NCBI GenBank assembly: GCA_047967505.1
Contig: CM106538.1
Source: Dipteris shenzhenensis
Taxonomy: Eukaryota
Strand: one strand, 5' to 3'
DNA: 64,000 bases
Shown here piece after piece: positions 39,556 through 53,277 of this stretch. The first letter of the stretch is position 1. The number at the start of each line of letters is the position of its first letter. The notes beneath the pieces are model-generated. The model did no database searches. It worked only from the letters and a program-made list of their open reading frames with translations, and was not told the DNA's origin. Position numbers and translations under genes: made by a program.

Positions 39556-42500
39556 GATGTCTCATGCATTGTCAAAGTACACCAGTCTCCCTTTGAGGTT
39601 CTGAAATTTGGAACCAATACACCAGAACCTTCTTGAATATACAATGGTCCATTGATAAGTTCAACACATGCATTCCCAAGGTTGGCATCACCTTTCAAAC
39701 CCACCATCTCTTTCCAAGAAAGTTTATCAATAGCCATCTTCCATGCAGAGACAAGCCCGGCTACCAAGTCTGATGCCTTCACCCTCAATGGAAAATTTGA
39801 TATCAATTAACTATTGGACTACTTTCATTGCTCCTCAGCTTGTCTCAATAACTTCATTGGACTACTTCCACCCATGAATAGCTCTCCCCAAATATCCAAG
39901 GGAGCCACTTCACAATCAGAGGAGCATTGAGTTCAACGTGGATCCCTAGCCCACCCTGTTGCTTTGGAGCCTTGAGAGGATCCCATGGAATATAGTGCAT
40001 ATGCCTCTTGTCCTCTTCTTCTACCCATATGAAAGCCCAAAAGCATCTTTGTATCTCCATCCAGTTGACTATGTTGAAACCTCTACACAATTGCAACATA
40101 GGTCGTGGTGGCCCACAATACATGATCACCACTAATGCACTAGCACTCCAACCAAGAGACAGCCATACCAACCTGTTAGCTTAGCCTTAATGCAATCTTT
40201 AAACCAACTAAATCTCTGCTTAATTGTCACCCAGCGGGCCACCCAGATGTCTTACCACCTCACCACAAGGTAACCACTGCACCAGCATTACACCCACCTA
40301 AACAAGCAAGAGATCCAATGAAGATCTAAGGGCATCAGACTTTGACCAACTTCAAACCGACCCCGATGCATGGTAGTATACTAATACTATCTCCTTTAGG
40401 TTATACAGGCAAGATGAGCTTTCCTTGTAGAATGTCATAAGATCATTAGCAAACATTTGCGAGCTAAATTGTTTCCTTGAAGATAATTTTGCTGCTTCTA
40501 GCCATCTCAAGGGGTAAGGGATTGCTTAATCAAATGAAGCAATGGATGTGAACTAATAGCAAGCATGAGGGGTGCGATGGGGCAACCTTGATGGATGGAC
40601 CTAGTGAGAGAGCATAGCCACCATCTTTGTGAACTGCTCACCAAAAGCCAACTTCCTCAGAACTGCAAGAACAAAATCCCAACGTTTCCTATCGTATGCC
40701 TTGTCCAAATCAAGTCCAAACAAAAAACATTTTTGCCTAGATGAGCAAGCATAATCCAAAGTTGAGATGATGTTGAGGACGTTATCAAAAATATTCCTAC
40801 CTTTCACATACCCACACTGCTCTTTATCCACCACCTGTGAACAAATCTCCCTAATCCTCAAAGCCACTATTTATAAGAGGTATTCAAAGCCACATCCTTA
40901 GCCACATTTTATAAGAGGTCTCCCCAATCCTCAAAGCCATAGCCTTAGACACAATTTATAGAGGCATTCAGCACTGCGAGTGGCCTCCAATCCCCAACAT
41001 TAAGCCTATTCTCCCTTTTAGGAAATAGTTTGATCAAACCTATGCTCTTGAGATATGGTCCCTTTGATTACTAAGTCATTTGCCATCGTGACCAAGTCCT
41101 CACCCATCACATCCCAGAATCCAAACTAAAACCCCAAGGTAAGGCCATCCGAACTTTGCCCGTCTCTATCTTTCTTCATCTTCACATCAATGGCTCCCAT
41201 AGCTCAGCCAAATTAAAAGGACAAGATAGCTATAGAATCTTAGCCTCAAACACCCTCCTTGACAATCTTGAGAAGACCTCCGACGTATCCCTTTCCCAAT
41301 CTTCATTTGGAATAACACGAGAACCCACCAAGCCACTCAAGGGTGATTTGAAGATATCTGCAATATGCCAAAATTCAATTTCTATCTTGCCTACTACATC
41401 ATGTACCCTATCAATAGTCTCCCTTTACTGCTTTTTCTTCACAACTTGGAAGAAAATTTCATCGCGTAGTCCCCCAATTCAAGCCACATTTGTCTACTTT
41501 GAATTCTAGCACAATCTGCTTCCTCTAGCTCTTTGGTCTACATCTTCTACTCTAGTTCTATAAGCAAGGTCACTGTAATTAGATCCCCTTAGACAAGTCT
41601 AGGGCACTTTGTCACATTAGTCGATTCTACTAGACTCCATTGGAGACCCGATCTCTCTTGTCCCATCCTCTAGCTTTCGCCCCGATGGCCAAATCGCACC
41701 TGGCAAAGGGATCATCACTAAGGGTCCTAGCCTAGACAAGCCTCCCTAATGTGACTGCAAAAACATTTGGAGCACAAAAACTTCTTGTTGAACTTGAATG
41801 GTATGTCCATAGACCTACCCACCATTATCACAGCAGACTAAACCGCCATATTAAGAGAACATGATCTGATAAGCTAGTTTTCACAAGATAGTCCCCTTTC
41901 ATTAGGGAACACAACCACCATCCTTCCTCAGATACATACATCTTATCTAGCCTCCTAGCCCTGAACTCATCACCTGTCTTTCTATTTTTCTATAATAAAA
42001 GCCCTCCAGACCATCAGGGTCCAACTCCACATAGCCAATAAGGCCAAAATCGCACATACTATCCCAAGCCTCAAGTTCTAATGTTGACATTGCTCTAGCA
42101 GGATGAGATTGGTCCTCAAAGCCCGCTATTTTTGTGAAGTTCCAATCCCCTCCTAGCAGCCAATAATCATTCGATAAGACATACCTTAATGTGATGAACA
42201 ACATGCATAGCACTCCCCGAGACTATTGGGTGCATACACACTAAGCACATTAACTTGAACCCATCCACCAACATAGAGGTAGCTAGAAACCATCCTTTTT
42301 GGGTGATGGGAAATCTCTCTTATACCCAAGGATGCCTTTTTTTTCTAGAATTTTTAATCCTCCCTCCCCCCTTGCAAGGTAGTTTGCCAACACCTTAAAA
42401 TTGAGCATACTAATAGTGAACCACAGTGAATCATTTTCCCTCTTGTAGAGTAACATATTGTAAGCATCAACCCTATGCAACATAGACACATAGCCTTTCT

Positions 42501-43880
42501 GCTTCACAAGACTACAACAACCCCTTAGATTCCATGAAATAATGAGTATAGACTTTATTCCCACACTACCACTTTAAGACAATGACCTACTAGCTTGCAT
42601 GTGCCCAGTACGTGTGTTTAAAGATGTTAAATCTATTCTCCTTACCTTGGCTTGCATTATGAGCCACCTCTGATCCTTTTGGGAATCGATCTAGTAGAGG
42701 GAAATCGGACATGCTGAGAGTTTGATGCAAGCACTTTTTTCTCTGCAAGTTGCTCTTCCAACATCTTTTTTCGATGGTGCGCCTCTAGTGGGCTTCTAAT
42801 GGACATCATCCTAATGCAGCATCTTCTATGATGAGCTTTCACTTTGATCCTTAGCTTTATCATCATAATCCAAGCAAGTCTGCTACACAGAATCCACACA
42901 TGCACACCTAGATACACCCGAAATGTCATCATGCAACACCTCCTTGGATTTTTCTTGCTTCCGCACGATGTGCCACAAATCATCCTTTGGATGGCTTGAC
43001 CAAGGCTTTTGACCAATGCTTCTCCTTAGAACCCTCCCATTTCTTGGGAGTGCCTTGCATATTTTCAAACAACAGCTCCTCATCTCCATCATTCATTTGC
43101 TTTTGATTACCCTCTTGTGGTTGAGACGACATACCATCATATTTTTCACCCATATCCAACTTTATATTGGATGGTCTTTGAGGGCAATTCTTTACAAAGT
43201 GTGACGTAGCTCACCAGATGAAACATGTGTTAGGAAACACCCCAAACCAAACCTGTTAGGTCATGGCCATACCATTTGGCAACTCCACATCCACAAAGTC
43301 AGGCGTGTCTTGGCTCCTATCCCCTAGTATCCAGGCCCTCCTGAGATTTGCTGAAGATTTAGTCGGAGGGGGTACCAAAAGAACTCGTTCCAACAATGAA
43401 GCCATCCGCTCATCTAATTCACCCAGGATTGCTTGGAAGATTGGGAAAATCTATCCATACTAGACATGGAATAAAAACTCTTCAATACTAAAGCTTGGAC
43501 TCCAAGGGATGACTGAGCTTGTAGCTCCCAAAAACATGAATCAGTTCACCCTGGAGCTGCTCAGACACCAACCGAAACCCTTCCCCCAAAATCGAGCCAT
43601 GTATCTAATTTGAGGAATGTCACATTTGAACAAAAGAAATTCTTACAACTCGACCATCAATGGCTCTTGGTCAGTAACTGCGTGACCTCTAGAACAACTT
43701 TGGGATTTGAATGCGAATGATCCAGTACCGGTATCCTCACACCAACTGCGGTAGTTTCTTCCCGAAATGAATCTAGCGTATCCCTTATCCCACAAAGGTA
43801 TGCCCCCTTTGCTTTGTCGTCTACACTTGGCGGGTTCCTATTTGTTAAAACTTTTGCTCTCCCTACACATGTCCCAAGCA
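39556..43880 (-). mobile_element. L1-type LINE, ORF1 and ORF2 (APE endonuclease, RT), decayed; 5' end approximate
   Basis: ILIISWNLRG and WLLGGDWNF (APE endonuclease); EQCGYVKGRNIFDN, LDLDKAYDR and QGCPIAP (RT); VIPWSPSFS...WIDFP (ORF1-like) near 43450-43520. Confidence 0.88.
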
Positions 43881-44395
43881 TAGGTTAGTATGCCAATGAG
43901 GTTTTCAATAATCCAGAGCAGTACAGACAGGCCATCAAAGAGGGTATCGAGGCATTGCGTACCTCCAAATAAGCCTTCGTCATTCTATAACAATGTGTGG
44001 CTTAGACCACACATGGTATTTACAAGCATCGAGTGGAATAGACCCGCCAACCATAGATTCAAGGGGACATGAGCAAATGGTACAAAGAGAGTTACGACAT
44101 TACCGTGAGCTACTAAAGTCCAGTCAAAAGGCAGCAAAAGAAGAAAACAAGCTACATGTTTATCGCAAAGAGTCATTATGGGGAAGTATACGACAACACA
44201 ACACCATGTCACCCTAATAGAACCTATGAAAGAGAAAATGAAATCGTAAAATGGTATCATCGTCATCATGTAGAGGGTCATGGAAGAGAAAGAGATGTGT
44301 ATGTTCCAACAATAAAAGCCACAATCCAAGTGCATAAAAAAGACATAGAAGAGCACTTGCTAGATCTGATTTGCTAGATCTGATATGACAATGTC

Positions 44396-45310
44396 TCTTA
44401 ACATCCACAGAGTACAGTCACCAAATGTAGGGTAATCAATGAGATTACAGGTGATTAGGCTTCATGATTTACTTCAACGGTTATAGCCATGGAAGGAGTA
44501 CATTACAAGCTCAGGGAGTTTGAGCCCCAAATACCCCAAGGCCAAAGATTGCAAGCAAAGTGCATAGATTGTATGTTCTAGCTACTACAAGCTGTAGTTA
44601 AGTGTCTCGCGGGAGTTAAGCCTCGCCACTCTAGGTTTTGGGCCTCATGCATGGGGTTTGAGCCACAAATGGCTTAAGGCTTGAGGGCACTCAGGGAGTT
44701 TGAGCCCCAAATAGCCTAAGCCTTGGAGGCACGAGGCTAACACAAGCGCTATTTGGGAGCCAATTAGGAACACCCCCTACTGCCAGGTTTGTCGCAAGCG
44801 CTTTTATATGGTTAACACAAGCGCTATTTCTACTAGTAGGGAGAGATGGAAATAGTAGAAATATGCCTCGGCACATATGGGCCCAAGAGCCTGGAGAGTG
44901 CTAAAAGGAAAAGGGTTGGCCCTCCCTTCAAAAGGTGACATGTATAAAAGGCCAAAGGGTTGACTTTGGTTTTCATTGTTGTTCGCACAAGTTTGAATAC
45001 AAGCTCCCTCTTCTCTTCCAAGAGTGTTTTGGGTGTTCTCTTGTTTCTATTGTAGTGCCCTATTGTTTGCCACTCCATCCCCCTTCACTCTCCTCCTCCC
45101 TTCTCCTTCTTCCTTCCTTCTCCCCTCTCTTCTCCCCTCTCCCCCTTCCCTCTTTCTCTCGTGGAAACACATTGCAACAATCCAAAGGCTGCTTGAGTGA
45201 CCATGTGGATGGCTCGTGCCTTGCATTGCGCTCACAAGGAGTAGTTTGGAGTGGAGGCCCCATCGGCATCTCATCCGCACGACATGTGAGACACTATCGA
45301 GGCCTACACA
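44396..45310 (+). repeat. 5' LTR of the gypsy element
   Basis: Starts TCTTAACATCC (TG changed to TC) and ends CCTACACA; aligns with 55509-56416. Confidence 0.9.
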
Positions 45311-45314
45311 TTTT

Positions 45315-45332
45315 TGGCGCTGTTGCTGAGGA
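45315..45332 (+). promoter_or_regulatory. PBS complementary to tRNA-Asp (degenerate)
   Basis: TGGCGCTGTTGCTGAGGA versus TGGCGCCGTTGCCGGGGA. Confidence 0.75.
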
Positions 45333-45879
45333 ATGGAGGTATGCATTTGCATTGTACTAGTCTTCTTCCGTTATCTACCCATTGTAGAAGGCTTTCAAGC
45401 TTAACTTGGAGCTTTGTTAAGTGGAGTTGTAGGAGAAGAAAGAGTGAAGAAGTGAGAGTTTTGGATGGAAAAGTTAGGAAAGTTGTCATTTTCTATTGGA
45501 AAGTCATTTGGGATCATTTGAAGTTTGTTTTTTATGCTTTTTATTGTTTTGAGTTGATAGGAACTTAGTTTGTAAGATTGCTAAGGAGTGTATGATGTCC
45601 AAACACACAAAAAACAATAAAAAATGATGATTCTTGCTAAATTTCGAAGTGGTTTTGTGTGGTAGAACTCACCCCTCAAGAAATCTTGCATTTTGGCTTG
45701 CAAAAGTTGTTTTTCTTTCAAGTTTTTTTTAATTGAGTAGGTAGACTACGTAGTGCAGCACCCCCCTAGCATAAAAAACCCAAACGGAAACTCAAAGTCT
45801 CCAAAAAATTCACAAAAATCAATCAGTGATGTAGTGACGTAGTGTTTCACAAAAATCAATCAGTGACGTAGTGTTTCAC

Positions 45880-46620
45880 TATCCCCATGGGTTGGCATGT
45901 TAGAGCTATCCCATTGATCGGTGCATTAGTCATATCCCATCAGTCAAACCTCATTGACCGGTGCATTAGCCGTATCCCGTTGACCTAGCTTATGATGATC
46001 ATAGTCTAACCCACCTCCTTGATTAAATGCATGTCAGAGTTAATTATCTCGCTGACCTGACAGCCATTGACTCGTGGCCATAGAGCTATCCCCATGACTA
46101 TTGCTATATTGTTATTTTGCTGATCAATGCAGTAAGCCCACCCCCACATCCGTACCGTATGTGTATCCCTCTGATCTAATTATTTTGTGGACCGGCGCGG
46201 TAAGCTCATCCCCGCACCCAACGTTGTATTGCTATCTTATTGCTCGTTGCGTTATGCCTATCCCACCGCCTGGTGCAATAACCTACCCCATGCCTGTTGC
46301 CATAATTATTCTGCTGACTGGCACGTTGATTAGTATCCTGTTAACCCCATTATCCCTCTGACCATTGTCTTAAACTTATCCCTACGTCCGTGGGGATACC
46401 ATCTGCATTTGATCCTGCCGAACACGTTGCAAGATCTATTCTGCCAATCGGTGCATTACGCCTATCCCACTCTCCAGTGCGATAACCTACCCCCATGCCT
46501 ATTTCCATAATTATTCTACCATCCAATGCGTTAGCCTATCCTGTCACCCATCTCTTTGTTGGTCTCGTCGCCCAGTGTGTTACCCTATCCCTACGCTCGT
46601 AGCCATAAAGGTATCCCTAT
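45880..46620 (+). repeat. degenerate short repeats in the gypsy leader
   Basis: Recurrent GGTGCATTAG..TATCCC / CTATCCC motifs. Confidence 0.6.
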
Positions 46621-47369
46621 GACCATTGGGATACCTCTGGGGTAGTCCAGAATATAAAAATTCCAGAACTCCAGTTCAGTTTGAGTGTTCCTAGTTAGAG
46701 GTCTCATACATGCACTTGAGGTTCGGGAGAATTTTGTCAAAGGATCCCGTGCCGGAAGATAGTGCTTCGAGTTACACTCAGCCCACCTTTTGCCCTAGTT
46801 GGGGATCCGAAAGCTCAATTCCTAGCTCCCACTCGGTAATAGGCCCTCGACAGGAAGATCTGTCTAGCTTCGACAAGACGGAGAGCTTGGATGAGGTAAT
46901 GCATGACCCCTCGCTTCCGAAGCCCCATTCATTAGTGTGGCTTCTCCCAACTCTCCCGGACCTTCGGTTGCATCTAGGCTAAGAGGTAGGTTCTCCAACA
47001 TGTTCAGACGTTTAGGCTGAATAGAGTCGGCAAACATGGAGAACCCCTTTGCCAGCATGTCTGTAGGAAGGGAAGGCCACAATAACATCCAGCTTCCGAA
47101 CCACAGACTGGGATGGAAACCACCTTCGCAAACCCAAGACCCTCCTCCTTTGCAAGACCTCCCCAATGGGAACACATGGATGATGAAGATCCATGGATGA
47201 GGGAATTTTGAGGGCAAGATCCCAACTGAGGGGATGTGAGAGGCTTCCAAGGAGGGGTGCCTTATGAACCCCCAACAGGCCATGTGCCGCCAACTTTCAT
47301 CAACTATGGGGCTCCACAGTTTTCACCTTATAACCATTGCATGGAACCACCGTTCCCATGCCCCATGAT

Positions 47370-48538
47370 GAGTAAGTCAAAACATCGAGTATCTACATTT
47401 GAGCGAGCCCAGAGTTCGAGCAATGCTTGTGAGGAACTTTGTCTTAACCTATAGTAGCAATAATTTTTTACTAAAAATGGTTGAATCTACATGTAACTAT
47501 TAGATTTTTTTAAACTTATTTTTACAAAGATAAAACTTACTATTGGATAACTCATAAATCCATGCAAGTCAGCAATCATTCAATGAATACCAAAGGGAAA
47601 ATTCTTGGCAACACACAAAGAGAAAACCTATAATTCAATAAATAATAAATCCATACAAGCTAGCAATCATTCAATGGATGCAAAAGGGGAAATGTTGCAA
47701 TGTCTACACCTTGAGGCGATCACTCAAAATTATGTAAGGTAGCACATGAGTTGAAGGGGTTTCTTTATTTTGTGGAGTTACATACAAGCAACAATAGTCC
47801 CACCCATGATATAGAAACTCCTCCTAGCAAAACCCATCATAAATAGCTATTTGTAGGATTTTTATGCTACCCATATGATTTGATTCATTTTGTGGACTAT
47901 GGAACTAATAAATTATTGATCACCTTATGATCATGATGCTAACTAAATATAAATCACCTTCATATGTACATGATCATGTATACACCTTTGGGATGGAGAA
48001 AGGAAACCAAGGACCCAAACTCTATATGAGAAAAAGCCATGGCCATAAGAAAAAATAGAGTTTGATAAGGTCTAGCTCTAATGAAACAAAGATAAGTACA
48101 AAATATCTAAATCTCTAGAATTTTGACACTTTAGCATGATAAATGGATTCATTCATATCTTTCCGATTATTGTGACTACAAACATGACCATATTTGGAGT
48201 CTAATTGACCAAGTTATGGCCCAAATAAAATTGGCAGGAGGAGCTTGGCCGTGATATCACAACCTCCTTGGAGGCTCCTCCTCCAATTATTTTTTTCCTT
48301 GAAAATGGAAATTGCACAATAAAAGCGCATACTTTGACCCCTTTCTTCCACCCTCCTTCTTCCTTGACCCTTGCAAAAACATAGCCAAAGCTTTTTGGAA
48401 ATTGTTGTTTGTACATAAGACAATTGATTACTCACAATATCATGGGTAGGACAACAACCGTAAAAGTGGGCAATGCATGATACTTTTTGAACATAAATCA
48501 TCACACTAGAATGTCAAAATTTATGAAAGTCTTCACTC
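47370..48538. other. unclassified AT-rich insertion inside the gypsy element
   Basis: Abrupt composition change within a GC-rich, Pro-rich pre-gag region; boundaries read GAGT...ACTC. Confidence 0.55.
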
Positions 48539-48849
48539 AAACCCCCACCTCGCTTGAACGCGGTCGCTCGAAGACCCACCTCCTTTGAGAGTACATCCGT
48601 TTCTATCCGTACCTGTTGCATCGATGAATGCAAGCCTTGGCACATCTGCTCTAATGCCGATACCGAAAACTATGTGGGTACCACCACTAGGGCCAGGCTT
48701 AAGGCCAACCCTGCATCCCGTCAGGCCCACAGCAACACCGCCCCCACCAACGGCTCACACAGTGTTAACTGATGAGGCAATGCACATCTTGGTGGATGCC
48801 CTAGGAAGGGGGGCCACACCACCTCCACCCGCCCCAATTTTTCTCGTAG

Positions 48850-51800
48850 GGGTTGCGAATCCCTCGAGGAGCTGACCCATAGCTATCTCCAAGTTAATGA
48901 CCAAATTCTTTGGAGAAGGAGACCTAGACTCCCACATGGAGTGATTTGAGCAAATTTGTGAAGCTTTTGGTGCTCTCGGGGACCTAGAAATGGCCAATGT
49001 GTTGGTCTCAGCTTGGATGGCAAAGCAGGCCAATGGTATAGGGCTCTCACCCCAGAAGAGAAAGTCAAGTGGGAGATATTGAGAAAGGCCTTCATTGTGG
49101 GGTTCACCCCCAGCGGCCATAAATGGAGCCCAATTAACCAATTGCATGAGGTAAAGTTGAACAACAAGGAATCTCTTAGGGATTACATTGCCAGGATCAA
49201 GCACCTCAATGCTTGCTGTGAACCATACGAGCGGATGAGCGACCAATGATTGTTACCCCACTTCCTCATTAGATTGGCAGACCCGAAGTTGCATGACCAC
49301 CTAATGGTGATGAATCCTACCTCCTTCGAACTATGCAGCAAGGTGGCCATCCATATAAGTGACAACATGATGGACAAGTTGAATGTGGATAAAACCTTGA
49401 ATCCCTCAGAAATAGCTCCATCAATTAGGTCTTCGAGTGTAGAAACGATCAAGAAGGAGACCAACGAGGCCAAGGGCTTGGATATGAGTGAGCTGGCCTC
49501 CAATCTGCTGAATCAGCTAGGCCAGTAGTGGAGGGTAGGCACCAAGAAAGACGTCGTCTAGCGTGGGGTATGCAATGGCAACATCCATCTAATGAGTGTC
49601 TACGCGGGCTTTCTATTGCACACACTGCCATAGTGAGACCCCCATTAGCCCTAACAGCTCCGCCTAGCCCTCTGAACATACAAGGTGGTCCTTTGGCTAG
49701 TTCTAGCCAGTATATTGCTCAGCCAGCTCCGTTACCAACACCCATATTACGCTCACAGCCTCCACTACCGTGTATAGCTCCGATCAATCAAGTGTTGGCA
49801 GAGGAAGTGCCCAATGACTAGGAGGAGACAGATCCAGATCACGGACCTCACGACTACTACCCCTACGAGGAAGGAAGTGGCACCCTAAGCCACTACCTCT
49901 TGCCAGAGGATCAGCAGGTCCCTGTGTTCTAGAGGATCAGCAGGTCCTTGTGTTCCAGACCACCGCTCCCATGAACTCAAGGGTAAGAGACCTCAACTCA
50001 GTTGCCCGAAGGCCCCCCGTTCCAATGTTACACCTGCTAGGGCCCCCATAGAGAAAGTGAATGCCCCTATCGAGGTACTTCGAACCCTCCAGTGTCCTGA
50101 TTCAAGTGCCAGGGGCCACATTTTGTTTAGAATTGTCCCTATAGGGATTATACCCATGCCGCTCCACCCACGACCAACCCCACACCCTTGTGTGTGGGGT
50201 GTGGGATCGAGCATCTGTTCAAGGACTGTCCCATGAGAAGACCAACAACCTCGATCACCCCACCAAAGAGCACCAACCTTAACCTGCTTAGCATTGAACA
50301 AGGCCATGTGGCCGCCGCAATGCCCCTAAAAGTCATCACAAGGATGAAAGCCTAGGCATTAGGAAAGGCAATGAGGAAATTGGCAAGGAAGGATAAAGGG
50401 TCCCTACCGCTAGGCCCTGAGATCCCTCAACATCCCCTGACTCGGTCCAAGAAGGCCATAAGGGTAGGTGATGGGTCTGACCAGGTGCTTATCCAAGATG
50501 GTTTCGATGAGGAGACAACCACTCTCGCCACCTCCTCTGCTTCCGAACGTGCTTCCACCTAGGGTGACCTTGAGGTACCTTCGAGTCCAGAGGTAAATAA
50601 GCTAGTGCAAGCCCAAGGACTAGCACCCTCGCTCTCCTATAAGGATACCTATCCTGACCCACTCCTAGAAAAAAACTTGGTACAGGATTGCCAAGAGAAG
50701 TTTGGGCATCGACTCAAAGCAAGCAGAGGTCAGATACTATCCATCCAGCCCACCTAATGGGCCGACGAGGGGCGAAATCGTTCAAGGTGTCAAAAAAGGT
50801 GGAGGAAGCAGAACATTTCAACTTCGATCAGTCAGAAGCTCCGAATCTGATGCAGAAAATGTTCCAAGAAGACTGGTTATCCATGGAAGGAGAGTTGTCA
50901 TCACAAGAACCCTGCAATAGTGTCGGGTTGGCTTCCTTCCTATTGACAGAGGTAAAAATGCTGATCACCTCCTTGCTAAGAGGAAATCCAATCCTATGGC
51001 GCGATCTATCCAATTGGATGAACAGACTGCTCTTGTCCCCAGGCCCTGCCAGCCCTAAGCCCAATCAATCATCACTGGAAAAGGGGCAGAACCTACCCAA
51101 GGTTCCCATCAACAAGCTAGGCCAATACTTTGAGGGTGATGACACGAACGCCGCTATCCCCATAATCTATCAACACCAAAAGGTTGATGCCATCCTAGAT
51201 GGGGGAGCGGGAGTGAGTGTCTATACCAAGGAATGCTAGGTAAAGTGGGGATAGCCCACACTCGAGCAAACCCATCTAGTAGTAAAGTTGGTTGATGCAG
51301 AACTATAGAGCCTTTGGGAGTGCTTACTGGCATAGACATTAAGGTATTTGAAATCACATATCTTGTTAGGTTCGTAGTCATGGACTTCACTCGGCAGCAG
51401 GGATATGAAGCTATCCTAGGTAGGCCCTTACTACGAATGTTCGAGTGGCTCATACACGATTGGCGTACTAATAACATCTACTTGTAGCATGAGAAACAAA
51501 TAATGTGAGTGGACTTGCACACCTACAAGGCCCACCCAATGTCAGGACACCTTTTCACCACCACAGAATCTGACACCACTGCTCGAACCACATCCGTGAA
51601 GCTATTCCAACCCTGTGACAAAAGGACCACTCCTTTTGCTGAAATAAAGGGGGAGGCTTAAAAAAAGGAGGACCTACGACAGGTACCAACCCATTACAAG
51701 GCCTACACGATTGAGGATCACAAGACCTTATACCAATAGGTCAAGAGATCTCGGGAAGATGGGTGCTCCCAAGGGTACGATGGGCCAGCCTCGGTCAAGG

Positions 51801-52890
51801 AGGTAAACAGCCCAGGAAGGGTAGGACCCCAAACCTGTATTCATTGCCGATGATCTCACCCCCAACAAGGAGAACACTTTAATAGCTCTCCTACGAGAGT
51901 ACAAAGATTGCATGGCCTGGAAGTCAACCGACATGAAAGGGGTGCCTCCCGAAGTAGTGTAGCACACACGATCCCCATGCTAGATAAGGCCAGTTCATCA
52001 ACGCCCCTACCCTATGAATCCCAAATACGCACTCATAGTGAGGGAGGAAATCCAGAAACTCATAGATGCAGGATTCATCTATGAGATTGAGCATACGGAT
52101 TGGGTATCACCCATCATGATAGTCCTAAAGAAAAATGGAAAAATTAGAGTATGAGTGCATTTGAAAAAGGTTAACGTTGCCACTAGACGTGACCACTACC
52201 CTAGGCCTTCCCTTAAGATGATGATTCTCGGGAATCGAAGAAGGACTGAGCATTACATTCCTATCATTGTATTTTGTAACTTTAATTGTTGTTGGCATTA
52301 ATATTTTCATTCACTATTATGTTCAAAAGCATGCGAATTCATGGAACATGTTTTGGAAAGGGTAGCTAGAAAGAAAGCCTATAGCTTCCTAGATGGGTTT
52401 TCAGGTTACAACCAAGTTTTTATCGCCCTGCAAGACCAACATAAAACGGCCTTTGCGACAATGACTGAGTGGGGTGTGTATGTGGCTAGGGTGATGATAT
52501 TCAGATTAACCAATGCCCCTGCCACCTTCCAATGGATGATGATCACGGTATTCAAAGAATATCTGAGAGACTTTGTGGAAGTCTTCTTGGATGACATTTG
52601 TGTGAACTCGACGTGGGATGACCACCTGAAATACCTTAGGCTCGTCCTCTAGAAGTGCTGCTTATACCACATATCCCTGAACCCTCTTAAGTGTCACTCT
52701 TGGCCACATCGTATCCCGGAATGGAATCTTTATGGACCATAATAAAATCAAACTCATCTTGGAGTTACCACCCCCCACCAACACCTAGGGACTCCAATGA
52801 TTTACTGGCCACATGGGCTATTACAGGAGGTTTATGTTGTTCTATGCGAACATAGCCCGTCTATTATACAAATTGCTAGTATCCTTTGAG
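48850..52890 (+). pseudogene. gypsy gag-protease-RT remnant (RNase H and integrase missing)
   Basis: LDGKAGQWY..WEILRKAF (gag), AILDGGAGVSV (protease), EEIQKLIDAGFIYEIEHTDWVSP, FLDGFSGYNQ, LTNAPATFQ and VFLDDI (RT). Confidence 0.88.
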
Positions 52891-53277
52891 ACCAGGTGAC
52901 GAAACGGTCACCATTGGCCTCCACCTAGGAGTCAAAGCCACACCAGTAACTCCCGGTGTGCCCTATGTCTTGATCTCAGTGAGATAGCCCAAGAGACCAC
53001 ATCCTTTGTCACCGGCACCTCCTCTTGTCCATGGGCGGGCCTAGAAGAGGCGTTATAATTTTGCAGTGCACCCCAATATCGGGCACCTCGTGGCTATAGC
53101 CACATGTCAGCCAAGAAGCTCTCTCATGCAGACCTGATGGAACAAAACCTATTCGAAGCCATGGCACAACTTCCATAGTTTGCACAAACAATTCTGCAAA
53201 GGAGGCAAGAACAAGCCTCACAGCTCTCAGTAAATCTCCTCCAAGCACATCTCTCCACACACGACAACCACACAATC

